A DNA stretch of 64,000 nt from assembly GCF_004010195.1 (NCBI RefSeq), contig NC_057728.1:43643458-43707457 (forward strand), in the 5' to 3' direction. Of the stretch, positions 63,926 through 64,000 are shown piece after piece; the first letter of the stretch is position 1, and each line of letters opens with the position of its first letter. The notes under the pieces are model-generated. The model made no database searches and was not told where the DNA came from. It saw only the letters and a list, made by a program, of their open reading frames with translations. Origin of the DNA: Chiloscyllium plagiosum. Taxonomy: Eukaryota. The translations under genes were made by a program, and so were the position numbers.

Positions 63926-64000
63926 AAGACCATAAGACCATAAGACCATAAGACATAGGAGTGGAAGTAAGGCCATTCGGCCCATCGAGTCCACTCCGCC
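63926..64000 (-). mobile_element. CR1 3' end with (taagacca)n tail interrupting the integrase
   Basis: taagaccataagaccataagaccataagacataggag..ggccattcggccc. Confidence 0.85.

Noticed and set aside
1..64000. Prokaryotic systems (CRISPR array, retron, DGR, defence operon) suggested by the many RT fragments and repeats
   Set aside because: No repeat-spacer arrays or operon structure; all RT pieces carry CR1, RTE or Gypsy motifs in a eukaryotic repeat context

Overview
Vertebrate genomic DNA, most likely a shark or other elasmobranch (HE1-type SINEs and shark-type CR1 LINEs). It is not prokaryotic. Most of the window is nested, decayed transposable elements: two LTR-to-LTR Gmr1-like Ty3/Gypsy elements with the unusual gag-PR-INT-RT-RH order (1124-10624 and 55584-62007, both minus, with 4-bp TSDs), a third partial one on the plus strand, several solo LTRs, a Mag-like Gypsy fragment, many CR1 LINEs, an RTE fragment, a Tigger/pogo transposon with a related MITE, seven HE1 SINEs and many Penelope-like (GIY-YIG) fragments. 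Two signals stand out. (1) An 81-nt minus-strand coding exon at 12619-12699 (MIFSEMSTGADSVKVHPPNGTRFCTFQ, GTAAG donor) in a repeat-poor island; from memory it matches an alternative N-terminal exon of liprin-alpha-2 (PPFIA2), which would place the window in a large ppfia2 intron. (2) Repeated minimal hammerhead ribozyme cores (CUGANGA-stem II-GAAA-NN-UH) in Penelope termini, including three different ~200-bp TSD-flanked palindromic mini-elements, each centred on a hammerhead-like motif. All calls come from manual reading; no searches were run, and boundaries without a TSD are approximate.
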